Assembly (NCBI GenBank): GCA_001949185.1
Contig: BDGG01000013.1
Span: 1,127,226-1,191,225, forward strand
Direction: 5' to 3'
DNA from: Ramazzottius varieornatus
Taxonomy: Eukaryota > Animalia > Tardigrada
Length of the DNA stretch: 64,000 nt
Part shown: one piece after another, positions 10,860 to 23,569 of the stretch
How positions within the stretch are numbered: the first letter of the stretch is position 1
Layout: every line of letters begins with the position of its first letter
The notes under the pieces: model-generated
The model's input: only the letters and a program-made list of their open reading frames with translations
Told to the model about the DNA's origin: nothing
Database searches by the model: none
Made by a program: the position numbers and the translations under genes

Positions 10860-13578
10860 CAGGGAATTCAACGTTGGGAGACACGATGATTCTGAGTTTC
10901 CCGACTACGTGGAACTCAAGACTTCGTGCATCTACAAGCATCGTCTTGACGGATACTCCTTGGTAGTGTGGGATGCTTTGAACGATATCTTGCAGTTTCA
11001 AATGGGCCTATCTGGGCTATGGATATAAGATTTCTGGTTATCGACCAGCAGAATATGAACATAGCAAATGTCTCAGGGTACTCGCGATTCAGTCGTGGCT
11101 GTTTCCTGCAAAATAAGGACGGTGGAACTAATATCGTTGCCATTTACTATGATTTCAAGTTTCAGCCGGACAGAACCTTTTACGACGAAGGACAGTATCA
11201 TTTGTCAGATCCACGAACCATTCTTCCGGAGCGCATTGTCGATTATGTGATACTTCTCTTCCGCTGACCATTACTGCACAGATTTTGATTACGCACTATG
11301 CGTCACGGATTTCATGGCCGGCAAGAGAAAAATACCTGCGCCCGCAACAATAAATATTAGGGAATGTTCGGGATACAGCGTTTTCCGGCATCCAGAAGCA
11401 CTTTCCACATCGATAAACAAGGAATACCATGAAGGTTTGTTGATAACCGTTTACTCAACATGCCAACGTGGTATTTGGATTTGAACACAGCTTTTTTCAG
11501 ACTCTTTCTATGTTTGCTGTCCAACGTCCGGTGGACTAGATCGATACGGACAGATGTACAGCTCTTCAAAAATCTGTTCTGCGCAGGTTAGGAGAGCCCC
11601 TACGCCGGGAAAGCGAAAGTGTTCTGTAATAGAAGAAGAGGATGCCGGAAGAAACGAGCTTGGAAAATTGGCAGAAACGACAAATGTACAGGCAACTAAA
11701 GTGGTGCTAGTGGAACGTCGAAATCCGGGTGTTCCGCTAGCGTGATTCATTTTAAATGAGATCCGTTATCAAAGTGCACATCCGTATTAAGTGTTAGTTT
11801 CAAGGTTTCTGGTTCAAATGTCAAACAAAAAATCAGTCTCCTATTCATTTCGCGATCTCTATTTTAACAGGCGAGAATGATTTCGATATCAACAATCCAG
11901 GCAGAAATGTTTGGAAAAATTTCAGCTGGGCAGCAGCCGCACATGGGCATCTCTACCTTGGTCGGTATGGCTGAGCAGGCTTTAGGCGGTGATGAGTCTC
12001 TTTATCTTCCGTCTCACCATCAGGATCATATTACCTCCTACATAAAGGAGAAAGACAGATCGGAATGGTTAGCTTACCGTCCGACAGATGGCGTCGTGTA
12101 TTGTTACCATTGCTTCAATCTCTGGGCTGACCATCCTCAGGACAAATCCGTCCGCCGCAAAACCTGGTGTAACGTTTTTCGGGTCTACGCGAACCCAAGT
12201 ACTTCTGCGGCAGACAAACGGAAAGTCTTTCGGAATAAAGTCCTTCGGCATGAGAGAACACCCACACACACCATGTGCACCGAGATAAATTAATGAAAGA
12301 AGCACAGTTCGCGGATCTCTGGGTGTTTAACGAAACCATGTTATTGGAGCTAAGCAAGAAACATGCTTCCACTGCTAAAATGTTCGATCTAGTCTACACT
12401 GAAGCCTATTCCTACGTATCTTACTTCTCTCATGCGGAATTCATTACTTACTTCTTCACTTTCTTCAAGATCTCCTCCCTGAGCTATCCGAACTATTATC
12501 GGGTTTTCGACTTGCTTAACACCATGGAAGAGTTCGTCAAGGTTCTGAACAGTTGGGAGCATAACGTGTGACCGTCCATTATGGCGCTGAAGGACAAAAT
12601 CAGGTTCCAACATGGCCTAGTCTTCTTTCGGGAGCGTCCAGAAACAATCGGTACACCAGTTAACGGTCAAAGCAACAATTAATCGTGCCGACAACATCAA
12701 AGCTTTTTCCATTTTTTTTCGCTGCAGACTATAGCGGCAACTCTTTTACAGCTTTCCGCAAGGGGTCCGTGGACCTACTGCAGAATGTTCTCATATTCTT
12801 CAACTTGCGTTTCCCCGAAACGGAAGCGACGAGACACTTCCAGGTGTTCCAGCTGAACAAAACTCCTCGCGAGAACGGACGCTATGGCGATAAACACATA
12901 CAAGTGCTGGCCCGATACTTTGGATCCAACCCGCTTACCGTCCTAGTATAGTGGACCAAGTTCAAAGCAGAGTTTACAACAAAACTCGAGCCAGTCTACT
13001 GGACAAAGGACAACGCTATTCTCAAGCACAACATTCTGCGTGAAAGACACATCGTCTTCGAAGACGGATACTCGGAGCTGGAACAGCTGTTTATTGTCGC
13101 TTCTGTACTTCCGGTTAGTACGCCAATTTACGAACGAGGTTTATCCATCCAGAATGTGATCAAGACTATACGTCGAACTCGACTAAACGAACGAAGCTTG
13201 GACGCGCTCATGCGGATAGCCATAAACGGGCTGCCACCAGGAGAGAGTCATGAATACGGTCTGGAAATTTTCCTTCTGAGTGGAATCCACCCCAACCAAG
13301 CGCCGCTCATAGTGAGGATCTCGAAGAAATAGACTGGCAGCAGATAATGACACGATCTTCAGACATCGTGCATAAGTCTAACATTATACGCGGGAAATGG
13401 CCGGAGACGAGGTGAGAGTTTTTTGGCTGTTCATCTAAAGACAACTGACAGTCTGTGAGACATTCCTTGTAGAGTGCTCTCCTTGAAGAGAGAAGCAGGA
13501 TTGGAGCGTCACCTGAATCTAGCGAGGACCGCCACGATGTACAAAGCACATCACTGTCTCCCCGTGTAATATTTCCTG
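10860..13578 (+). mobile_element. Degenerate hAT-superfamily DNA transposon (ZNF862-like transposase remnant)
   Basis: TTF-type zinc finger in ORF 11877-12293 (WLAY..DGVVYCYHC..LRHERTPTH). hAT dimerisation domain at ~13080-13240 (LFIVASVLPVSTPIYERGLSIQNVIKTIRRTRLNERSLDALMRIAING). Multiple stops and frameshifts. Imperfect CAGG-starting inverted termini at 10860 and 13578 (about 17/24 matches). No TSD seen, so boundaries are tentative. Confidence 0.75.
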
Positions 13579-14069
13579 TACTTTCCACTTGGAATTACTG
13601 TCTTATTCCGGATTCTCGACTAGGATCCGGAGTGAAAATTCGTGCGAGAACACACAGTGATGTGTTTCATAAATCGCACAGGAAGGGTCTTCACTCCAAC
13701 AATCGCGCAGTCCTTTTCCTAACATTTCCACGTACATAACTTATCTCAGCCAAATATTTGGTTCATGTAATGCACCAGTGTCACATACTTTTCATCAATA
13801 ATCATTTTACTCCGAACTGTTGTAATTGTCCAAGTTTACTTCATTTTCGCAATAAGGTACCACTCAAAATTATCAGTCACCTTTGTGAGGTTTCACGCTC
13901 GAAGCATTTATTTGAAAGCAGTCCATATGCACATATCAGAAAGTACCCCTGTGGCCTGCAAACCTTAGCTTGTCGTGGTCCGGGGTGTATTTCAACCGGT
14001 ACCGTTAGGTAAGTCGCTCATTCCATAACTTTTAGTTTCCACGAAATTTTTGCTACATTTTCTCCGAAC

Positions 14070-14757
14070 ATGTTCGCTCTCGTTGTCCTTATCCTTGTGG
14101 TGGTTCTTCCGCCCGGAATTGCTGCCCAGCATAACCGTTAGTTTGCCCCAAAAAGAAGGTTCTACTTGTACTCCACTTTACAGATGGTCGTAATCTAACG
14201 TGGTCAGATCATTCGTGACTTCCAATCAGTCCACACATATTGCCTAAGCTTGATTGTTGAATGATCAAAAATCATGAATGGTATGGTTGCATCAGCCTAC
14301 AACCATCGGTGAAGCTTCCAGTACTCTGCAACATGTTTAGTTTTAGGCGGTAAGAACCGTATCCAGCCTACTACGGTAGCTGGCACACGACTGCCCTACC
14401 GGAAGGGAAACTGGAGGAAAGTGTCCGCCAATGTCCCGCTGCACCTCCATGCCCGACTGTACCTCCCTGCCTAGCTATTCCTCCCTGCCAAACATACAAC
14501 CGGACGGAGCACGACCTGGAGCATCGAAAGGATCGTGGTGTCAAGCACGGGGACACTGGTGATGGAAAGTGCCCCCCTCCGTCCGTGAAGACTTACTCGA
14601 ACGTTGGAATTCGGCGCAGAAACATCCTGCAACGGACCGTCGCCGGAATTCCTCGTTACCCTAGGACTAGGTTTGACAGGCATGCTGTGCTTTATGGCCA
14701 TCGCCCTAGGCTACTTGCAGTATCTGGGCAAGAAGTACCGATCAGCCTTCAGCTGAT
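14070..14757 (+). pseudogene. Disrupted gene for a small type-I membrane protein (signal peptide, Cys/Pro repeats, TM helix)
   Basis: Signal-peptide exon MFALVVLILVVVLPPGIAAQ at 14070 with a gttagt donor. Then QCPAAPPCPTVPPCLAIPPCQ. In a shifted frame, FLVTLGLGLTGMLCFMAIALGYLQYLGKKYR. Confidence 0.4.
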
Positions 14758-15740
14758 TCGGCGGACATGGCGGAGAAGGGATGGAAGGCCAAGAAGACAC
14801 TGGACATCGTCAAACAGAAGCTGGGCCATCGCCGCCGAAACTGCTGGAGCTGATCGGTACGTTGAGTTGCTGGAGCTGATCGGTACCGCGTTCGACGCTA
14901 AATGATCTATTGTTCTCTTCCCCTGATTGGACTTTTGTCCGGTTTGTACAGTTTTAACTTGTAAATGGTCACCCGACGTGTTCCCTTCCCACTTCCGCTG
15001 TACACGTGAGCAATCAAGAGCTTGATCATGCGTTTCGCTCTCCAGCAACGCGCGGTTCAGCAGCACATCAGTGGCAGGAATCCTCCGAACCTAAAGAAGT
15101 GAACAGCTGATTGCGTCGCAATCCGGCAAGTCGAGTGAACCATGTGCCGGGTGGCCAGGGTTAAAATCATCTGACGTCATCTGGGAAATTTTTCGGCGGG
15201 CAAGTGGACACCTTTCTGAAGGTGGCGTTTTACGACCTACGTTATCAAGAACCCTAAAATCAGTGCGGGTTGCGCAGAATCAAGCATGATTGAGAGATTC
15301 TGCTCTGCTGTATGTTAAATCGTATCGCTAGATTTTGGTAGTGCTCATTAAGAAACACTGGTATTTACTCAATATGTCATCTGCGAAGTCCGCGAACCTT
15401 CTCAATCATGAAGACAGCATTCAATACGACAAACTATTCTGAAGTTATTGTTTCTGCAGGTTCGCGAGCTTGGCGATAAGAAACATTCGCCCCCACGCGT
15501 CATCCCGGCCAGTGGTTCTTTAGGACAGGACACTCTCCAAACCTTCGAGCTGGCTTTTCTTACATTTATTTGTCTCACGGTAGGTTATAATTATGATCAT
15601 CAGGTGCTTATTACGAGAACTGGTAAGAGGGCGGAAGACGGAAATCTAACAATACCAATTATTTGTTTTCAGTGGTTTCGGCCGGGCGAGAATGGACGGG
15701 CTTGAGGTTGCGGACGAAACGCTGAACTGTGCTCATCATT

Positions 15741-17506
15741 TCACGCTGAGGGGATTCTTGGAGGGCGTTGGAAGGGAAGGTCGAAGTCGCACTCGTCCTC
15801 GCACTCGCACTTCCAGTCGTCAGGCATGTACTCGCGGGTCAGCTCCATCAATCGGTCCAGCGGGCACAAGGTGTCGCACTGAGGATGTTTTAGAGCAATA
15901 GGGTCGGTCTTTGTAAAAGATGGCTCAGTGGTGCTGAAAGAAAAACAGACACCTTACATTGGAACCGTCTCGACGAACATAATATCCATAATATCCGAAT
16001 ATTACTCGTTCTTGTGGAGGATGCGAACCGTGTTGTTATTGAACAACTCGAAGAGCAGTGTATTCTGCAAAACGGCGGTGCATGTACTGTAATTTCCGGC
16101 ATACGGGCGCGTACAATAAACGATCGTGAATACTTACCGCGTATAGCGGAATGTGCATGACTGGCTGCCCATCAATGGTATAGTCGTACAGATGCAAGCA
16201 GGCAAGAAGCCCTCCGATCGAGTTGTCATGCTAAAAAGAAAACCAGTCTTCCCAAGTTGTTGATGTTTCTGACTGGTAAATCTGATGACAACCTTTAGGC
16301 GCAACCGTCAATGACTAAATCGGTTTAAGAGTCGCCGTTCGACTTGAATTAAGGGTCGGACTGAGCCTCAGGTCTTACCGAGGAGTAGAAGTAGGCTTTG
16401 CGTTTTGCAGGGTCGCCCTTATTGTAAGTCTTGCTCTGGAAGTCAGTCAAGATAGTCTTTAAGATCCTTCCACCATTGATACGAGCTCTCGAAGTGTCGC
16501 CGTTACCGCCCACCCAAATATGAAACCTCAGATCATCCAGATACTGTATCTTCTCGTAGACGGTATCGTTCACCCACGCGGGGTACTTGACACCAGCGTA
16601 CTTCTGGCATCTTAGCACATCGGAGACCCTTTCCAACCCGTCCGACACCGTCATGTTCGTTTCACCACTTTCCAGTCGAACGTAGTCCAGGAGGACTTTG
16701 TGCTTGGTCTCAATGAAGTCAAAGAGAGCTTGGAGATCTGGACGGTAAGGCCGCTTGTCGATACGCGGGCATTCGGTCTCTCCCAGCAGAGTTGGGTCGT
16801 CACTCTGACGGACAGGGAAGGGTCTCCATAGGCCTGCCAGAGGGACGTTGTTCGGGTTGGCCCAGACATCTTTCTGGGTAGGCGGAAACCAGCCGGCCAT
16901 GTTGGCCATGGCACTCTGAATCGTCCGGTCGTAGTTCGTAGAACGGACGTACATCTAAGAGAAACCATAGACCACGAACACAGCATTTGGGACGTCAGTA
17001 ATTACTAAATGACTCCACTGTGGTCGCCTGATCAAGTGACGCACGTTTCAGCCAACATGACCGTGAACATGCGCCACTCGGGAGAATGATTTGGTCGAAG
17101 TTGTTGGCAGAGCTCCCACATATATCGACTTCAGGTTTTTCTATACCTCTTTGACGGCCTTCTGGGGATCGATGTATCCCTTATACCGTTGGCCGAGGTA
17201 CTGTCCCAGTGTGTAGTGCTGGAAGGTTCCACGTCCAGTCAAGCTACTGAATCCGCCGAGCCAGATGGACTCTCCGTACGAGTCCGTCTTGTACGTGTAC
17301 GCCGTCGCGCGATATCCATGTCTAGAGACCTGATGTCAAGGTTTAGGTTTACGGGCACAGTTCAATTCAGACATGGAAAAAAGGAACACTTTCAGCGAAC
17401 TCACCACGACGAGAAACTTGAGGTCCGTGACGGTTTCAAGAGCGGCAATGCCAGCAAGAAACAGAATGGCTATCGCCACGGCAGTGTAGACTGTTCGGAG
17501 GCCCAT
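15741..17506 (-). CDS. Secreted histidine acid phosphatase (lysosomal/prostatic ACP family)
   Basis: Exons 17506-17405 (signal peptide), 17329-17147 (RHGYR motif; LTGRGTFQHYTLGQYLGQRY), 16954-16379 (YVRSTNYDRTIQSAMANMAGWFPP), 16230-16138 (catalytic HD), 16064-16006, 15933-15741 (CDTLCPLDRL..DWKCEC). Confidence 0.9.
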
Positions 17507-17849
17507 GCTGGATACCGAAAGGAGCCTTCCACTATTCTAATTATCTCTAGTCCGATCATTCGGCCTTGATACCCCTTTCGCCGGTGTCTGCTACTTTAAG
17601 ATTTCTCGTCTGATTACGAAATGTTGACATGCTGCCGGCGATTGACAGCCGGTAGCTTCTTTGAGACGGTGATGACTGCTTGCTTACCTTGGTCATCGAC
17701 ATATTGCAACCGAAGCTCATCGGACCCTGGAGCTGCTTGTGCAAAACCCTTGTCAGAGTCTGGCCAACCTGAACTGCAGCTAATGTAGGTACAGTCGAAC
17801 GCGAAGCTCTGAAAGCTTTATACTCAGCTTCGTAGACGAAAAACTGACC

Positions 17850-18680
17850 GACTTATCCATACATGGTCGATACTTTTATGAGCAATGGGACTGTCCAGGT
17901 TCCTGGCTTCACGCGCTTAAGTCTTCCTCCCTGGGTAACCTGTTGGATAATGAAGCCCTCCGGATCAGCGCTGGCCTTCCTTTGGGCGCCAATTTATGTC
18001 GTTCTCATGCGAGTCGGTGTGGTGCCACGGTACAGTAAATGAATATGGTCAGCACGGCTTGAGCTGCAAGGTCGTTACAGCCGACACAGCGCACTAAACG
18101 AGTCGCTCAAATGTGAGCTGACATCAGCCCGGGTCCCTTCCATCCCTAAACCTTCAGCAATCTTCCGGAAGGACAAGAGACGCCCGGACGGCATGACGCA
18201 ATTTTCTTGGAAAAATGGCAAGAAGCTCGTCTGGGACGTGACAGTAGTCGATGCCCTGGCCCTGACCACCGTTGACTTCGCCATGTCGTTGCAAGCCGGA
18301 TCAGTTGCTGTTGCCGTCGCAAGGAGAAAGATCATGAAGTATCATGACATTGGAAGTGAATTTCTATTCTGTCCAGTCGGTCTGGAGACCGCCGGACCGT
18401 GGGGACTTTGTACAACGGAGCCGTTCGACGCAGTCGGAAGAAAGAGAAGTTACGGGCGAGCCAAAGTCTTTCTCGATTTTAAAGCAGAGAGTATCAATCG
18501 ATATCCAGCTTAATAAATCATTTTCTGTTCTTTCCAGCGTGAAGGATACTAAGGGTCTCGATGAGTTGTTTTACGCTTCAAGTGTGAAGAAGAGAAAGTT
18601 CGTCAATGTGTAGTTGTTTGTGTTTTTGTTGTTTCGCTATCTCTTCCCTTTTCGAGAACAAAATATTGTCTTTCCAATAA
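17850..18680 (+). mobile_element. 5'-truncated, degenerate non-LTR retrotransposon 3' end with restriction-like endonuclease (CRE-like)
   Basis: Frameshifted segments: GSWLHAL..SLGNLLDNEALRI..LGANLC, HGLSC..RHSALNESL, RRPDGMT..WKNGKKLVWDVTVVD, RKIMKY..FCPVGLETAGPWG, LKQRVSIDIQ. AATAAA near 18676. Confidence 0.8.
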
Positions 18681-18848
18681 ATATCTGCACTTCACTGTCC
18701 AGACTGTTCAAGTAATTTACAGCAGACTCTTGAAAGCCGATGTATGGAATAAGTGGATGGACCAAGCTTAGGATCTGAAATAAGAATACAGGTGCCAGTC
18801 GCGTACAGTATACTGTCTATAGGGAATGATAGACCGAAAGGATCTCAG

Positions 18849-21800
18849 TTACACTCCGCAGTGCGCGTACGCCTCATCGGTATAGGGATCTTTGAGATGT
18901 CTTCCTACTGCAAAGAAGATGCTTAACTTCTGCGAAAGGAGAAAAAGGACGGGGTTTAGCATGCAGGGGGTCAGGGGGATGGTTATACCAACATACTCCA
19001 AACCTGTCTCATCGGCCATCACTGTCAGGATCATCGACAGTTCTCGCAGATTTATCCGCCCGTCACTGTTGGCGTCACAGGTATTCAGCAAGGCCTTCTT
19101 GGTGTCTTCCAGGTCGTTAATGTCGTACTCGACGCAGTAGTAGGCGAGAAGGTCCTTGACTAGACCCGTTAACTCATCACCCTCGATCGTCCCACTTCCG
19201 TCCTATCGCGAATTAAGCCGGTAGAAATTACAAGAATTTGGGAAAGCTGTATCTTACGAACACACCTTATCGTAAACCTTCAAGACTCTCTTCACATCAT
19301 CGCTCGACATCTTCTTCTTACTTCCCTATGGAGTATGGAGTTAGTTTCCACTTCTCATTTTCGCTGCATAAATATATCATGGTAACAGAGATACCTTCTT
19401 GATGGCTGCTTTTAGGAAGTTTGCATTCACAGGAAGCAACCTGTCAGAAAGCGAAGAGTACAAAACTCTAATCAACTCGCTAACGACACAGCCGGAAGTG
19501 AAAGAGACTAACTTGCGTAGGTAACTCACTTTGACATTTCACTCAGTTTCAGTTTCCCCGTTCTTGTTGTGTCATAAATCTTCATCTGCAAGAATGTAAC
19601 CCCAGGTATAGGACAAAACATATGTTACTGTACGAGAAACGGAAACAGGATAACCTTCTCGGTCAGGTTACGTATGACAAAAAGCCGTGGTGATGTCAAA
19701 GTCAGCTGCGTGTTACAACCTTCTCGGTTACAAACTACACTCGCAGTGACGCCCCCTGATCACACTCTAACTTTGACCTTTCTCATTACCAGTCCTTACT
19801 ATGGTATCGGCGTATTCGTGTAAGGTTGCGTCGTCAATTTCCGTGCGAGGTTTGGATAAGACTATCAATTGCCGGAGAAATTCCTACCAACAAACAGGCA
19901 GGTGGTCTTTCAACGTAACATGATCGCGCCGAAATGGCGCGAGCAGGTGTGAACAGTAGACGATCAAACTGACCTTCAGTTCAGTCACATCAATTTGGCC
20001 ACTGTAATCCCTGTCAAATTTCTTCCATATCTGCGGATCGGAAATGACACTTGTGAATGATGACGAGAAATGAAGTGCGCGACTTACCCGGATAAAGTCC
20101 ACGCCGGACTCTAGGGGAATGTTATAGCGGAAGATGAGCAAAAAGTTCTCATCCAAAGGCAACAATTTGGCCAGCTGTGAGGAAGAGAAAGAGGAAAAGG
20201 ATAAGTCATAACGGAAGTTGAAAGATGGGAATGGGCCAGACAGAGCTTTGAGAGTGATTGTGTCTGATGGGTACGGGATGGGCAACGCATCTCTCGACAC
20301 TTGCCTCTTTGATATCCATCTTGCCATCTTTATTCACATCATGCTTCTCCAGGAAGCGCCGCTTTAACGCTTGAAGCTCTTCTGGTGATATACTCTGCAA
20401 TAAAAAAAGTGGGGCCTCATTATACTGGCCTGATCAACCGTGGCATAACGCTCGTCATACGAAAAACCCGTCCGAGATTCCCAGTATTTATTTAATAGCA
20501 GTTTTTCATTTGGAAATGGCTATAGGCACCCCAGAAACCCCGTTTGGCTATAGGCACCCCAGAAACCCCGTTTGGCTATAGGCACCCCTATCACACCCTT
20601 ATTTAGTTCCTGTTGTGCTAAAGGCACCCCTACTTAATCCATTGATCAGGAAACCCCTAATCCGATAAACAGCTATGAACACCCCAAATTTTACTGAGAG
20701 GCAGAAACCATCTTTGAAAGGCAGAAACCATGATTTTATCAAGCGTTCCATCCCACAATGGGTCTATTGGCGAGCATGCTATTAAGCCTAACTCGATTTG
20801 CGGCAGCTTCATATACTGTAATAATCAGTTGAGGTTTCACTATCGCCCGCTCGTTTTTCGGTCTTCCGCCAGGGCGTTGGTCGCACGTCGAGTACGTTCC
20901 GGTTTCAATTGCACTGGCTAACCATTCGTGTTGTTCAGGTGTTCGGGTTTAGCGGGGTGGTCAAGATACTACAGTACTTCGGTTGTAACACGGCGTACAT
21001 CTGGGCAAAGATTTCGAAGACTGATTTCAAAAACAGGGGTGTCCTTAGTGATATCGCATTGAAGGGGTGTTTCAATTGATGAATTGAACCAGGGTGCCTA
21101 TAGCTAGACGGGTGTGATAGGGGTTCCTATAGCCAAACGGGGTTCCAAGGGGTGCCTATAGCATCACCCTTTTCTTCTTCGTCAGTGTAGACTCATTCCG
21201 CCTCCAATTCATACTAAAAGGTTCCGATTCTGATATTCTGCAATCCCGGTACAAAAATCGACTTTTTCTTTTTGTTCTTCTCAACAAAGAGCTGCGATCG
21301 AGTCTGAGACGGCCAGACCGAGAACGGGTTACACTTAGCGCTCCCAACTTCACTGTTTGTATTGCTCCAACCGGATTTGCTCCTCTTTTCATGATGCGCT
21401 CCTTGTGAGTGTATCAATTACTCGCTTTGCTCTTCCTTGCCATATTTGCACGAGACCCACATCCACAAAGACTTGGGAGACATTCAATAAGATGAATACC
21501 ACAAGAAAACACAGGAGTAAATGTAATGTACGTCAGGTGATTTTGACGAGCCATACTCCGGTATTTAGGAAATCTCAACAGGTCGCGCATTGACAACTCA
21601 CTGTACTACGTGCTGAGACTTCGCAGTCCTTCCCAAAGAACTCAATCAACGCTCGATGAATGGCAATTGGTTGCTCAAGTGCATTCGGAGAACGGATTAT
21701 CTGGATTTCATGGATGTTCCCCTCTCTTTACGCGTGAGTGAGGTTCAACAGAGAGCACGTCTCCGGTTGAATCACTCTTCCGCTTGAGAACACACTACAG

Positions 21801-23342
21801 TCATAATCAATGTGTGCATGACGTCAGTCAGCCATCTGTTGATTCAATTACCCGATCGACGGGTCCCTAAATCGCGATGGCGTCATGCACGCAGTGACCG
21901 AGCGAAGCCTTACCGGTATGAGTGGTCCTCCTCCGCTGTTTCCTTGTTCAGCCAGGAAGAAATCCCGCAGGAACATTTCCAACTCTTTGCCTTCGATAAA
22001 GCCATTGCCTGCAAAGAGATGAGATAACAACATTTGCCTTCCTATAATTCAATCAGCCAGTCTTGTTCAAACACGGACAACGTTTATTAGTAAGCGATGC
22101 GCGAAACATTCAACAATGTGTCAGAAATCGATCGTAGGTGAAAGCTTGGCAAATGAACTCGACCAAACCATTTTCTCGAGTGGCGCACGTCAGCAGTAAC
22201 TTCGGCTGGAAGCATGCGCCACTCAGGCGAGGATGCTACCGACGTGCTTCCCAAGTGGCGCACATTCCCAGCCAACAAAACCGAAAACGTGCGCCACTTG
22301 GTACTGTATTGGTAATACGTTCTGGTTGAGATTGTTTCCCGTGGTCTCAGATTATTCCTAGACGACTTTTCTCTACCAATATCGAAGCCGGAGAATTCTC
22401 TGACAATCTGACTGCAGTTCTGTCGGGCTTGTTACCAAAACATCCACGCACAAAAACGTACCCGCGCTACGAATGGTCGGCACAGAGGGTGGCTGGATTT
22501 GTTGGCGTAACTGAATGAGCCATACCATTGATAATTACATTTTGGTGTTCTTTAGCCTCGTTCTGAAGTCCTCTGGAAGCCTGGCCCTGCCCTGCACTGA
22601 AATGTCGTACTCTACGGGTGGCACAACAGATCGAAAAGGGGGTGCCTGCGTGATGATTGCTAAATTGTGACCCAGTGATACCGAGCGACACGGAATTTAT
22701 GGTGAAGATCCGCGAAATCGATCACTGTTGCAAGCATGTTCGCCTCGACCACCTGGATCTCGGCCTGCTTATCTGGATACTTCATGGAAACCACCGTGGC
22801 ACTGAAAACTGTTGCCTTGGTGCGTTGATATTCTGTGGTGCCCTCGTTCAACCGTGATAAAACCACCATACACGCAAGTCATCCTTGGCGAACCCAGAAA
22901 GGTTTCTTGATAAGCTGGTTCATTCAATCGGCCCATGGCATCAGCAGTTCATTCAATCGGTCCATAGGTAAAAAATAGTCGACTGCGTGATGTGCAAGGA
23001 ATATGCCTCTATAGGTCATTTACATTCTAGATTGCAGCATAAACGCAATACTCAGGGGAGACAATTGTCTGTTCCTTTCCATTACCACCCAATTGCAGGT
23101 CTATAGTAGACGTCCGTGGCTTTTACTGAAATGGCTGCTTAGAGCAGTACGGTCGCGTTAGCATTCGGAAAACAAAACGAGGAAAGAATCAAGGAATTAT
23201 GTGGAACGTACGAACCGTCACGATCGTAGTTTTTCCAGGTCTTCATAAACTGCGCAGCGGTCAGCTTGTTCATCTTGCCATCGCCCTGACCCAGGAGCTG
23301 CTCCAAGTAATTGGCGCCATTCGGTCCTCTATACCTTGACAT
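18849..23342 (-). CDS. Hexa-EF-hand calcium-binding protein (calbindin-32/calretinin/secretagogin family)
   Basis: Approximate exons: 23342-23216, 22008-21914, 20394-20305 (GC donor), 20174-20088, 20030-19974, 19882-19800, 19585-19530, 19441-19396, 19325-19266, 19202-~19003, and an uncertain last exon ending 18849. EF loops: DRDGNGFIEGKE, DVNKDGKMDIKE, DRDYSGQIDVTE, DTNKNGKLKLSE, DKDGSGTIEGDE, DANSDGRINLRE. Family linker LAKLLPLDENFLLIFR. Confidence 0.9.
20517..21162. mobile_element. Foldback/MITE-like element with modular inverted termini, in a calbindin intron
   Basis: Left end: 28-bp unit TGGCTATAGGCACCCCAGAAACCCCGTT twice plus a partial copy (20517-20588), then CTATCACACCC. Right end: reverse-complement modules GGGTGTGATAGGGGTTCCTATAGCCAAACGGGGTTCCAAGGGGTGCCTATAGC ending at 21162. 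Confidence 0.75.
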
Positions 23343-23569
23343 GTTCGTACCGAGGTATCCAAAAATCGCTTGGCAATTCCAAGATCAGTTTTTGATGGAC
23401 TGTGTCAGAAACAGTATAATTACATTGATGGGAAGAAATTAATCCGTGGGAAATTAGACGGAAGAGATTGCTAACTGGAATCCACAGGTTACCGATGATC
23501 GACCAGGATGTTGGCGTTGATAAGCTGTACTTGTCAACACGGATGAAATTAGGATTATCACTCTCTTTA

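Noticed and set aside
22467-22869. Coding-like fragments in calbindin intron 1 (possible RNase H or oxidase relic)
   Set aside because: No convincing motif set; cannot be assigned without a search.
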